This document shows positions 30,029-39,184 of a DNA stretch of 64,000 bases, one piece after another. The first letter of the stretch is position 1, and every line of letters begins with the position of its first letter. A program made the position numbers and the translations under genes. The notes under the pieces are model-generated. The model ran no database searches, was not told where the DNA came from, and was given only the letters and a program-made list of their open reading frames with translations. The stretch lies in contig JBAYVE010000001.1 of assembly GCA_041674765.1 (NCBI GenBank), forward strand, positions 134,177 to 198,176. The letters run 5' to 3'. This stretch comes from Patescibacteria group bacterium. GTDB lineage: Bacteria > Patescibacteriota > UBA1384 > XYA2-FULL-43-10 > 1-14-0-10-43-13.

Positions 30029-30477
30029 TATTTATTATAAATTACATACGTTTTGGCGATTTTGTCATGAAGCGCCTGCTTTTTGCTATCAAAGCCTGCT
30101 ATGATATAGCCGATAAGCAGAGTAATTGCCGAAATAAATTTTCCAATGATTTCCCGGAGGATTACCGTCCAAACATCAAGTTTGGTGCCATCGTCTCTGA
30201 CAACTTTCAATCCTAGTGCCATCTTACCGACAGTAGCGCCGTAAATTGTGGTCATCGCTACATAGTAAGCCCAGCCCAAGAGCGTTCTCAAATAATATGA
30301 GGTGTTAAAAGAATATGACAGACTTTCACTGGGGGAGAGAAAGGGACTAGTAGGGAATATCAACGCCAATATTGGGCCCAAGACCAAGCCAAGCAGCAGC
30401 CCGTCGATAATCACAGCCAAAAATCTTACCCAGAAGCCAGCATATTTCTGACTATTTTCTTTTTTATCTTTTTCCAC
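30028..30477 (-). CDS. RDD-family membrane protein
   Basis: AGFWVRFLAVIIDGLLLGLV RDD signature. Three TM helices. Confidence 0.7.
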   Translation of the reverse strand: MEKDKKENSQKYAGFWVRFLAVIIDGLLLGLVLGPILALIFPTSPFLSPSESLSYSFNTSYYLRTLLGWAYYVAMTTIYGATVGKMALGLKVVRDDGTKLDVWTVILREIIGKFISAITLLIGYIIAGFDSKKQALHDKIAKTYVIYNK

Positions 30478-30542
30478 GACACTCCTTCTTTAGTAGTTGT
30501 TTAGATATAGGATACCAATCTTGGAATTGCTTGTCCAACCTC

Positions 30543-30571
30543 TTTACAAAAATATTGCCCTTTTATATAGT
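30543..30571 (+). promoter_or_regulatory. sigma70-like promoter for the 30603 gene
   Basis: TTTACA, 17-nt spacer, TATAGT. Confidence 0.45.
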
Positions 30572-30602
30572 ATGAGCGAACGCTGGCATATGGAGGTTCG
30601 GT

Positions 30603-30935
30603 ATGGAGAGTGCATCGCTATGGGCAGCCATATTGTTGGTTGCTCTCTACCTGGTCTATTTTCTGCTGTGCCGGAAGGGGGAAAAGGGGATAAGGAACGA
30701 GGCGAGGAGTGCCGCTCTGGCAGAAGCCGGTGCATCGTGGACGGTTATCTGCTCTCATGATATTAGACTGACGCCAAAACTATGCTGCCTCTTGCCGATG
30801 GCATGTGTTACCATCGTCTTGGGCAAAAGTCGAAACGGTGAGCCGGTCAACGAGCATGACAGCATCGTCAAAAGGGTCGATGTCAGCGTCTGCCAATGTG
30901 CATGGCGCTCGAGCCACCACATAGTGGAACTATGA
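30603..30935 (+). CDS. hypothetical small membrane protein in a GC-rich islet
   Basis: GGAGG Shine-Dalgarno 6 nt before the ATG. N-terminal TM helix. Own promoter and terminator. GC well above the window average. Confidence 0.45.
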   Translation: MESASLWAAILLVALYLVYFLLCRKGEKGIRNEARSAALAEAGASWTVICSHDIRLTPKLCCLLPMACVTIVLGKSRNGEPVNEHDSIVKRVDVSVCQCAWRSSHHIVEL

Positions 30936-30947
30936 ACGCTTGCATGT

Positions 30948-30985
30948 CTCCCGGGGAGCCAACCCAGCTCTCCGGGATTTTTTTG
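30948..30985 (+). terminator. rho-independent terminator
   Basis: 9-bp GC stem ctcccgggg...ctctccggg, then TTTTTTT. Confidence 0.7.
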
Positions 30986-31032
30986 ATTATGTAAAAGAGG
31001 AATGATTGAAACGCCCCACCCCGATGGGCTGT

Positions 31033-31929
31033 TTACTTTTTTGTGATAATTAGATAGTTAGCTATGAGGATAAATACACCGCCGATAATGATTGAGAAAG
31101 TGATGGGTTGATGAAAAAATATGGCGGCGAGTATCGTTCCAACCACAGGTTCTAAAAGCATTACGATGCCGGCGCTGACCGTGGGCACTGTTCTCACGGC
31201 TTTCAGATAAAAAACGTTATTAAATAAGACTGCGACCAAGCCAAAAAAAGCAATGGACAGCCATATTTTAAACGGCCAATGGAAGGAAAAATTCATTAGT
31301 GTCGGCTCTACCACAATATTCTTGGCTATGAGGAAGAAAACGACCAAAAATATTGCCATGAAGAGATGACTCACAATATATGTATTGATTGGACTATTAT
31401 TTTTTTTCGAAGCATAACTGCCGATGACTACCCAGAGCGATAAGCCGATTCCGCCAATGAGGGCTATAACTATGCCCAAGAGGCTGCCAATATCGTTTAC
31501 CTGCCACGGGCCGATCAGAAATATTATTCCTATTATCACCAATAAACAGGCAAAAATGTCAAAAAGATGTATTTTTTCTTTTAGGAAGATATGCGAAAGA
31601 ATAACCGTCCAAAGCGGCTGAGTGTATAGAAGCAAAAGTGCGATTGATACCGGAGTGCCGAGAATTACCGATCCAAACTGGCATATAGTGATAACAGCTT
31701 CGACCAGTCCGTAAAGAATAAAAACTGCCAAGAATTTTTTTCTTATTTGCAGTTGTTCCGAAAAAAAAGAAAAGGGGATCATGACTAGCAAAATTACCGC
31801 CAATGGCAAAAGTGAAATTTCAAATAGAGATAAGCCGGTATTCGAGAGAGCTTTGCCGCCGAAAACCACAAAACCGGAGAGGGCTGCGGCTAGGATTAAA
31901 AAGATGTAGTCATTTTTAAAATTATTCAT
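31033..31929 (-). CDS. EamA/DMT-family transporter
   Basis: Ten TM helices. Confidence 0.7.
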   Translation of the reverse strand: MNNFKNDYIFLILAAALSGFVVFGGKALSNTGLSLFEISLLPLAVILLVMIPFSFFSEQLQIRKKFLAVFILYGLVEAVITICQFGSVILGTPVSIALLLLYTQPLWTVILSHIFLKEKIHLFDIFACLLVIIGIIFLIGPWQVNDIGSLLGIVIALIGGIGLSLWVVIGSYASKKNNSPINTYIVSHLFMAIFLVVFFLIAKNIVVEPTLMNFSFHWPFKIWLSIAFFGLVAVLFNNVFYLKAVRTVPTVSAGIVMLLEPVVGTILAAIFFHQPITFSIIIGGVFILIANYLIITKK

Positions 31930-32533
31930 CTAATTCTTTCAAAATTTTTTTTAGGCGATTATAATAATAGTCATTCGTATTGGAGGCAAGAGGTAAGTAT
32001 AAATCCTCTGTTTCTTTTATATATCTTTCGAATTTTGCCGGATTTAATTCTTTCAGACATAGCGAGCATTCTAAATTATTAGCCCTATCCGATAGTTTCA
32101 CCAGGCATGACTCTTCCGGGGCTTGTTTTAATCTTCTGATAATTTTTTCATTAATAGCCCTCTTCTCTATTTGAGTTAATTTTTCGCTGTTGTCTTCCCT
32201 TGATTTTGTGATTGGTTTGATTATTCCATATATTTCAATGCCGAATTGATCAATGAATCTTTGATCATTCATTTTGGCGTCGTCCTCAATAACATCATGC
32301 AGCAGCGCACCAGCCAAGAGCGATTCAAGGTTTTCTCTGCCAGCAAAATTGGCAGCTAAGTCAAGCGTAACTGGGTAAATATGCTCCTCCAAATATGGTT
32401 TGCCATCATCTCGCTTTTGTTCTTTGTGAGACTTTTTCGCTTGAAGAAGTGCTTTCTTAAAGAGAGGAGATATTGCAAAGTGCTGGTTTGAAAGGGCTGT
32501 TAAAAGTTCTTCTTCGGTCACATACGGTATCAT
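31922..32533 (-). CDS. HD-domain protein of RelA/SpoT hydrolase type (small alarmone hydrolase-like)
   Basis: LLAGALLHDVIEDD matches the RelA/SpoT (p)ppGpp hydrolase HD signature. Confidence 0.65.
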   Translation of the reverse strand: MIPYVTEEELLTALSNQHFAISPLFKKALLQAKKSHKEQKRDDGKPYLEEHIYPVTLDLAANFAGRENLESLLAGALLHDVIEDDAKMNDQRFIDQFGIEIYGIIKPITKSREDNSEKLTQIEKRAINEKIIRRLKQAPEESCLVKLSDRANNLECSLCLKELNPAKFERYIKETEDLYLPLASNTNDYYYNRLKKILKELDE

Positions 32534-32949
32534 ATAATCCCTTCGTCCTTGAGCATTTGCTTGTGATCAAAGGCTAGTTCCATATTATTAATTTCTTCGC
32601 TCGAAAACCAGCCGATTTCAGAGTTTTCGTGGTTTAGAACAAAATCGTAGCTTTTAAGTTTGCAGCGGTGAGGCAGGCAAATCATTGTCTTGGTAGGATG
32701 ACGGCCGATTTTATCATAATAACGGCCGGTGAATTCAATGTCATAGGCTTCCTGGCCTATTTCCTCCATTACTTCCCGCTTTATAGTATCCTCAATTTCT
32801 TCGCCCCATTCGGCGGTTCCGGATAAGATGCTCCACATATCCGGATAGGCTTTTGAGGTTGCACTTCTCTTGACTAATAGAAATTTGCCCCGACCATTTT
32901 CGATGATTGCATCAATGCCGATCCATGGGTGATCTTGTGCTCTATTCAT
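32530..32949 (-). CDS. NUDIX hydrolase
   Basis: Nudix box GTAEWGEEIEDTIKREVMEEIG. ATGA overlap with the downstream gene. Confidence 0.8.
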   Translation of the reverse strand: MNRAQDHPWIGIDAIIENGRGKFLLVKRSATSKAYPDMWSILSGTAEWGEEIEDTIKREVMEEIGQEAYDIEFTGRYYDKIGRHPTKTMICLPHRCKLKSYDFVLNHENSEIGWFSSEEINNMELAFDHKQMLKDEGII

Positions 32950-33160
32950 AAATATAACCGCCTTCTAATATTAGATTATCAGTCACAAGATTGATTATCA
33001 ATCGGTTGCTATAATTTCTTTGGTATATAAAAGGGTATACGTATTCGATCTTGGCCCTTTTATCAATACTAGAGCGGTAATTCATGCATATAAGTTTTCC
33101 AAGGTCTTGCATATGACAAGGAATCGGATTAAAAGATAGAAGGTAACTTTAGGGGGTTAT

Positions 33161-33723
33161 ATGAAAAGCATTTTGATCACGGGTGCTCCGGGAAGCGGAA
33201 AAACAACTCTGGCAAGAAATTTGGCAGCCGAACTCGGCTATCAATGTTTTGGCACAGATATTATCAGAGAGATCGCAAGAGTCTTTGTACCACGATCACA
33301 GAACCCTTGGTTTCATACCTCGGCAATTATGGCAGGAAAATACGCCCCAAAGGTTCTGACCCTGTTATTTGGTCATATCAAAAGCAATCAAAAGAAATTG
33401 AGCCATGCCTAGATGCAATTATAAAACGGTTTGGCAAAGAGAATCAAAACGTGATTTTAGAAGGCTCGAATCTTCTCTGCAAATTTTTGAAACCTCCTCT
33501 GGAGAACTCTCTGAGCATAGTGATTAATATTCCTGAAGAGGCTGAGCATCTGAACAGAATAATGGGGCAGAGCGCTTCAAGATCGGTCTATAAGTTAGAC
33601 AATTTTGAAAAAATACGGCATTTACAGAATTATTTCGTTGATCAAGCTAGGCGAAATGGACATCTCGTTATTGATAACATATCAGCTGAAAGTACTATCC
33701 CAAAGATTATCGAACTGCTTTAA
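33161..33723 (+). pseudogene. frameshifted P-loop NTPase (2-phosphoglycerate kinase-like / AAA-type kinase)
   Basis: The Walker A segment (ILITGAPGSGKTTLA) is in frame 2 and ends at 33412. The continuation (VILEGSNLL...HLVIDN) is in frame 1 from about 33340. One protein is split across two frames near a CCCC/AAA run. Confidence 0.55.
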
Positions 33724-33747
33724 AAATGCGTGGATATTTTACCTGTA

Positions 33748-34191
33748 CTAGTTAATAATTTCCCCGGGTTTTTCTTCGGGCTGATTTGGTGAATTTGGCC
33801 TCAAATAGAGGGAATCTCGTTCTCTTGATCTCTTTTGTGAAGCGATGAAATCAGCGAGGCCCGTCTGCATAAGAGCAATGTTATGGATAGCCAAATTGAG
33901 GCTATCTATCTGCGCTTGCGTAGGTGTGTGATTTAAGGCCTTATCCAATTCAATTCCTGCGATAATTTCATCTTTTTTTGCTATTTCCGCATCAATTTCA
34001 TTTTGCAACTCAAGGACTGGGTCGCTCATTGCTTCTAGCTCTTGTTGCAGAAGGAAACATGGATTATTTTTCTCTAGAGGCAATATCCCTCGAGTTATTT
34101 TATTTTCTTCACCATCGACCTCTTTGACTTGTGTTTCGAACTGAGGGGGGATAAAACCGTCGCCAAATTTACTTTCAAACCTATTTCCCAT
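33748..34191 (-). CDS. hypothetical protein
   Basis: ORF only. Acidic, probably helical. Confidence 0.35.
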   Translation of the reverse strand: MGNRFESKFGDGFIPPQFETQVKEVDGEENKITRGILPLEKNNPCFLLQQELEAMSDPVLELQNEIDAEIAKKDEIIAGIELDKALNHTPTQAQIDSLNLAIHNIALMQTGLADFIASQKRSRERDSLYLRPNSPNQPEEKPGEIIN

Positions 34192-35089
34192 AAGTCTCCT
34201 TTCGGTTATTTGCTGCCAAAAAAATTCCGGCGAAAGCCAGACAAGAACCTATAAAAAAACCAAGTCCGATCTTTTCATTTAATAAAAGTATTGCCCAGAC
34301 AATGGTGAAAACAGGCTGGAGATATAATGTCATTGAGGCAATAGTAGCGCTGGCGTTTTTGATAACAAATTGATAAAGCAGATACCAAAGTCCAGTTCCG
34401 ACGATGCCGACATAGGCAGTGCAGAGAAAACCAATCATCGAAAAGTGTCTCAGGGCATCTATATTATCATGAAGGCCAGCGAAGACTAACGGAAATTGCA
34501 AAACAATGGTTGCTATAGCAAAGGAGAGGGTTAGAAAGATTGGCGAACATTTTTTTTGCGATTTTTTGGAAAAGACAGAGTAGAGGGCTTGGGAAAGAAC
34601 AGCCGACATAATGATCAAATTTCCCGTTAAATTGCCATCCAGTGAAGTTTGTCCCGTAATAACCGGAAGCATTATGATGACTAGGGCGCCTGAGAAACCA
34701 ATGATGATGCCGGCAATTTTTTTCTTTGATAGTCTCTCTTGTAATAAAAAGTATGAAAAAATTCCTGCCAGCAATGGCACGGTCGTATAGAGCATCTGAG
34801 CAGAGGAGGCGCTTGCCATACGAATGCCTATAGCGAAAAGAATGACATTGCCGGCGCCAAAAACAGAGGGGATGATTGCGCCTTTTAATTTATTAAAATT
34901 AATCTTTTCCTTTTGTGCCCAGAAAATCGGCGCTAAGATTACCAAAGCAAAGGCAAATCGAAGCAAGGTGAAGGGGGCCGGGGGGATTTCTTGAGTAGCA
35001 ATCTTGACAAAAACAGGGACAGCACCGCCTGCTATTGCCAGGGTTACTATCAATAATACAGCCTTATTGTTGAGGATGAACTTTTTCAT
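34181..35089 (-). CDS. EamA/DMT-family transporter
   Basis: Ten TM helices with two EamA halves. Confidence 0.7.
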   Translation of the reverse strand: MKKFILNNKAVLLIVTLAIAGGAVPVFVKIATQEIPPAPFTLLRFAFALVILAPIFWAQKEKINFNKLKGAIIPSVFGAGNVILFAIGIRMASASSAQMLYTTVPLLAGIFSYFLLQERLSKKKIAGIIIGFSGALVIIMLPVITGQTSLDGNLTGNLIIMSAVLSQALYSVFSKKSQKKCSPIFLTLSFAIATIVLQFPLVFAGLHDNIDALRHFSMIGFLCTAYVGIVGTGLWYLLYQFVIKNASATIASMTLYLQPVFTIVWAILLLNEKIGLGFFIGSCLAFAGIFLAANNRKETYGK

Positions 35090-35375
35090 TGCAAGTTAAG
35101 TGTACATAATTATTTCGTATTTTAAAACAAATGGCTGACTTTTGCTTTCCGGATTGTTTCCGATTGAATAAAGGCAGATAATTTGATAGTATTACTTCGT
35201 TTCCCGCATTCTGCTAAAGCGGTAGGAAGAGAGTATTTCTTCAAGAAACGTTCTTACTTCAAATAGCTAGAAGAGAATGAAATGATATAATCATGGAGAG
35301 GTTCCCGCATTCCGCCAAGCGGAAGCAGGGACGCCTGCTTCGCCAGTCGGCGAATGCGGCGCGCTATACCGATTA

Positions 35376-35618
35376 ATGTTTTTTACATATATATTAAAAA
35401 GTGATAAAGATAATAAATACTATTATGGCTCAACCGCAAATATAGATAATCGTTTATTGGAGCACAATAGTGGTAAAGTAATAGCAACGAAAAATCGACG
35501 TCCGTTCAAGTTAATCTTCTCTGAAGAATTCAGTACAAGGAGAGAAGCAATAAAGAGGGAATTTTTCTTCAAGAAGCGTTCGGGATATAAATGGCTTAAG
35601 GATAATAATATTATATAA
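35376..35618 (+). CDS. GIY-YIG nuclease superfamily protein (UPF0213 / YhbQ-like)
   Basis: FFTYILKSDKDNKYYYGSTANIDNRLLEHNSG is the GIY-YIG core. 80 aa. Confidence 0.8.
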   Translation: MFFTYILKSDKDNKYYYGSTANIDNRLLEHNSGKVIATKNRRPFKLIFSEEFSTRREAIKREFFFKKRSGYKWLKDNNII

Positions 35619-35621
35619 TAC

Positions 35622-35711
35622 GGTGGGATCGCATAGTGGCCTAGTGCGCACGCTTGGAAAGCGTGTAGGCGGGCAACCGTCTCCAGGGTTCGAATCCCTG
35701 TCCCACCGCCA
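35622..35711 (+). tRNA. tRNA-Ser (anticodon GGA) with encoded CCA
   Basis: Cloverleaf read directly from the sequence. Acceptor stem GGTGGGA/TCCCACC, anticodon loop TTGGAAA, long variable arm, T-loop GGTTCGAATCC, and a 3' GCCA. Confidence 0.85.
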
Positions 35712-35735
35712 GCCAAAATATTATCTTGGAAGAAT

Positions 35736-36122
35736 ATGAAAGAACATGATGTCTATGTAAAAAAATCACCTATAGATGGAATGGGTGTATTCGCTGCCAG
35801 AGATTTTAAAAAGGGAGAAACCATACTCAAATGGGACACTTCTGAGACCCTGACCGAAGAACAAGTGAAAGATTTATCAAATGTTTATAAAAAATATGTA
35901 TATTTAATTGACGGCAAATATACCGTTCAACAAGTTCCTGCACGATACGTTAATCATTCACGTGATCCAAATACTACGGTTATAAATTTTTCCGATGTGG
36001 CGATAAAGGATATCAAAAAGAATAACGAGATTACCTCTGATTGTTCCTCGAGTAAAGTCGAAGAACCAATAATTTGCAAATGTGGAAGTAGCAACTGCCG
36101 AGGAATAATTAAGAGAATGTAA
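35736..36122 (+). CDS. SET-domain protein (putative lysine methyltransferase)
   Basis: GMGVFAARDFKKGE, NHSRDPN (the NHSCxPN motif) and a post-SET CKCGSSNCRG. Confidence 0.8.
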   Translation: MKEHDVYVKKSPIDGMGVFAARDFKKGETILKWDTSETLTEEQVKDLSNVYKKYVYLIDGKYTVQQVPARYVNHSRDPNTTVINFSDVAIKDIKKNNEITSDCSSSKVEEPIICKCGSSNCRGIIKRM

Positions 36123-36218
36123 GTAGTTGAAAGTTCTAGACCACAATGTCCCGCCAAAATATCTTTTAAATTCAAAAAGATTCATGGATAGAAGTGTGCA
36201 ACAACAAGGACTGTTATA

Positions 36219-36731
36219 TTGAATCAAGTAAAACAAAAAAATATTGATTTAAAAAAATTTCTAATTATCTTTTTCTCGTTTGTTTTGCTTTGTTTTGTTG
36301 CAACCATTTTTCTAGTTCAAAATATTAGCTTTGCAGACAACAGCAACCTCAATGCCGAGCAAGTCGTTAAGAGATCGATTTATTGCAAGAACATACGTAG
36401 CGAGAAACAGTTTAAACAGCTTTTAACTTCAAAATGGCAATCTACAAAATTTGTATTCACTGACCGATCTGCCATCGTAGATTTTGGCTATCAGCACATT
36501 CTCAAAATAGAAGAGTTGGATAAGGAAAGGGCCGCTGCAACATATAAGAATCATGGAGTCCCAAAAATTCCTTTTGATATGAAGCTTTTTGTGACTACAT
36601 CTGAACCCAAAAATATATTTGGGCGCTGGTTTGTGACTGATTATTCACAAGCCCAAACTTGGTACGGTCTTGTTAAAGAAAATGAAAATTCCCCTTGGTT
36701 AATCTATGGATGGGGAAATAATAATTCTTGA
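36219..36731 (+). CDS. hypothetical secreted protein
   Basis: N-terminal TM/signal segment. No recognisable motif. Confidence 0.4.
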   Translation: MNQVKQKNIDLKKFLIIFFSFVLLCFVATIFLVQNISFADNSNLNAEQVVKRSIYCKNIRSEKQFKQLLTSKWQSTKFVFTDRSAIVDFGYQHILKIEELDKERAAATYKNHGVPKIPFDMKLFVTTSEPKNIFGRWFVTDYSQAQTWYGLVKENENSPWLIYGWGNNNS

Positions 36732-36925
36732 TTTTCTTAATGAATGAACCTTATCAGAAGAAAACACTTTTTATTTCGTTTAATTTGTCTCATTTGTTGG
36801 CGAAATGAGATACCAAGTTCTTGCTTTTTGTCCCATTTCAAGTACTATTTACACATCTAGAAGGTTGGCTAGTAAAGTTAAAACAATTTTTGGTGATTCA
36901 ATTCACAACAATAGGGAGAATCAAT

Positions 36926-37285
36926 ATGAAGGAACATCTTGATAATAGTGAGTTAGCGCAAGAAAATTTTGTGCTAACTGCAGGAAGATTAATCTCCGAG
37001 ATGGAAAAACATCAAGAAATATTTAGCGCCGGGTTCTCTCCGGGAAGGGGTCCTACTGACGAACAAAGAGCTGAATCTAACCAAGAATGGGAACGGCTCT
37101 ATACGGAATTAATAAATGCATCCATAGTTTTGTTCAGAGAAGTTGGCGGTCAGCAGGCCTATACTGTTTGGCAAGGCGTATGTAAGACTGCTCATCAAAA
37201 ACATAGTTTCGATAGGTTATTGAATGATGACCCTAGATTTATCGGCAAAATTTTAGCTGGAAGTACTGAGAAAGGCATGAGTTAA
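36926..37285 (+). CDS. hypothetical protein
   Basis: Internal ATG with an AGGGAGA Shine-Dalgarno chosen as the start. No recognisable motif. Confidence 0.35.
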   Translation: MKEHLDNSELAQENFVLTAGRLISEMEKHQEIFSAGFSPGRGPTDEQRAESNQEWERLYTELINASIVLFREVGGQQAYTVWQGVCKTAHQKHSFDRLLNDDPRFIGKILAGSTEKGMS

Positions 37286-37435
37286 ATAATATTGTTTAGG
37301 GTCTTTTTTGTTGCCTAATTGGCTACTTGTGTGCGACTGACCCAGAATAATTACAATCAAAAGAACGAGGGTGATACAAAAAGAATAGTGCAGCGATCCA
37401 AGCAATATTTCGTAGCCTTGTGGTATATATAGATT

Positions 37436-37975
37436 ATGAGAAGTGATGAAATCGCAAAATTAATTCGATCTTATCTCGAGCCTGGAAATCAGATACTAGA
37501 CATTGGTGCTGGCAGTTGTCTTATCGATGATGTTCTTGTCAAAAAATATGGGTTCGATATCACACCAATCGATGTTGTCTATTACAATAAGACTAGCCTT
37601 GAGTTAGTTATTTATGACGGAAAACACCTACCCTTCAAAGACAATACTTTCGATGTGAGTCTTCTAATCTTTGTGCTCCACCACGAAAAGGACCAGAAAA
37701 ATTTGTTGAAAGAAGCAATTAGAGTTGCAAAGAAGCGGATAATTATTGTTGAAGATACGCCCCAAAATTGGTTTGAATATATTCTTTGGTTATTTTGGGA
37801 TCATTTGCTAAACTTTTTTCATTCAACTGCTTTTTCAAAGGCACATAGAGTAGTAAGATGGTTTTCTATTTTTGAAAAGTATAATTTAAAAGTCACTTAT
37901 TTCAAAAACTTTCGCACTTTCTTCCCTGTCTTAAAAACATACCAGCATACTATTTTTGTGTTAGATAAAGTGTAA
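37436..37975 (+). CDS. class I SAM-dependent methyltransferase
   Basis: Motif I ILDIGAGSC and an acidic post-I residue. Confidence 0.65.
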   Translation: MRSDEIAKLIRSYLEPGNQILDIGAGSCLIDDVLVKKYGFDITPIDVVYYNKTSLELVIYDGKHLPFKDNTFDVSLLIFVLHHEKDQKNLLKEAIRVAKKRIIIVEDTPQNWFEYILWLFWDHLLNFFHSTAFSKAHRVVRWFSIFEKYNLKVTYFKNFRTFFPVLKTYQHTIFVLDKV

Positions 37976-38211
37976 TTTGCTAGTTTGGTACTGTTGCTTT
38001 AATATTGTTTTGTTTATTAAAAAAAGAGACTCTTGTAAAATTTATTAACGTTTTTCCGGAAAGATGCGAATAGGGTCAGATAGGATAAAAATGTCTTGCT
38101 AAGTAAGGTCTTTTTTTGATATTATTTATAATCGCCTTAGCAATTATAAATCCGTTTTTATCTGTATAATCGCAAGGTATTCAATCACTAAGACAGAAAA
38201 TATTAAAACAA

Positions 38212-39183
38212 ATGAAATCATCTTATGCAATTTTAGCGGAGGATTTGCGGAAATCTTTCGGCAAAACAGAGGTTTTGAAAGGTGTCAATTTAAAGGTGGA
38301 AAGTGGAACTATGTTGGCACTTCTGGGGCCAAACGGAGCCGGTAAGACCACAATAGTTCGAATCTTGAGCACACTTCTTCGCTTTGATGGCGGCAAGGCT
38401 TCGATCAACGGTCTAGATGTCAAAACCCAAGCCAATCAAGTCCGTGATGTGATCGGTTTGACGGGTCAATATGCTGCTGTTGATGAGTATCTTACTGGCA
38501 TTCAAAACCTGGTCATGATGGGCAGGCTTTACCACTTAAGCAAAGAACATGCTCAACAAAGAGCAGAGGAGCTTCTTCTGCAATTTGATTTGAGTGATGC
38601 AGCAAAAAGAAAAGTAAAAACCTACTCTGGAGGGATGAGAAGACGACTGGACTTAGCTATTAGTATGATTGCTACCCCTTCTATTATTTTCTTAGACGAA
38701 CCAACTACCGGGTTGGATCCAAGAAGCCGTTTGGCTATGTGGGATGTAATTCGCGGCTTGATGGATTCAGGTACCACGATTCTTTTGACGACCCAATATT
38801 TGGAAGAAGCAGACCAATTGGCAGATCGAATTGCAGTAATTGATCATGGGGTCGTTATTACAGAAGGCACCGCCAATGAGCTCAAAAAGAAAGTGGGCGC
38901 AGAAAATGCAGTGCTTACATTCAAAACGGCGGAGGAGTTGAAGGCTGCCCAAAAAACAATCAGCGTAAAATCTTATATTGATAATATAAAGATGACACTT
39001 TGCTTTCCGATGGAAAATGTGGCCGATCTCACTAACGAATTAAAGAGATTGGAAGCGGCCAAGATTGCGGTTAGCGAACTAGATATTCACAAGCCGACTC
39101 TTGATGATGTTTTTCTTAATCTCACAGGCAAACCGGTTGATACAATTGAAGTTGAAGCAAAAAATAATTCTATGACTAAATAA
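38212..39183 (+). CDS. ABC transporter ATP-binding protein (ABC-2/DrrA-like)
   Basis: Walker A GPNGAGKTT, signature SGGMRRRL, Walker B ILLDEPT. Confidence 0.9.
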   Translation: MKSSYAILAEDLRKSFGKTEVLKGVNLKVESGTMLALLGPNGAGKTTIVRILSTLLRFDGGKASINGLDVKTQANQVRDVIGLTGQYAAVDEYLTGIQNLVMMGRLYHLSKEHAQQRAEELLLQFDLSDAAKRKVKTYSGGMRRRLDLAISMIATPSIIFLDEPTTGLDPRSRLAMWDVIRGLMDSGTTILLTTQYLEEADQLADRIAVIDHGVVITEGTANELKKKVGAENAVLTFKTAEELKAAQKTISVKSYIDNIKMTLCFPMENVADLTNELKRLEAAKIAVSELDIHKPTLDDVFLNLTGKPVDTIEVEAKNNSMTK

Positions 39184-39184
39184 T

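Noticed and set aside
30575-30985. About 410-nt GC-rich ncRNA between promoter 30543 and terminator 30948
   Set aside because: A GGAGG Shine-Dalgarno 6 nt upstream of ATG 30603 and an uninterrupted 110-codon ORF with an N-terminal TM helix make a small protein gene the simpler explanation. No RNase P, SRP or tmRNA motifs were seen.
33161-33723. Two overlapping independent genes (83 aa and 159 aa)
   Set aside because: The two frames encode the N-terminal and C-terminal halves of one P-loop kinase fold. They are better explained as one frameshifted gene.
35423-35716. 97-aa minus-strand ORF
   Set aside because: It fully overlaps tRNA-Ser(GGA) (35622-35711) and the end of the GIY-YIG gene. It is spurious.
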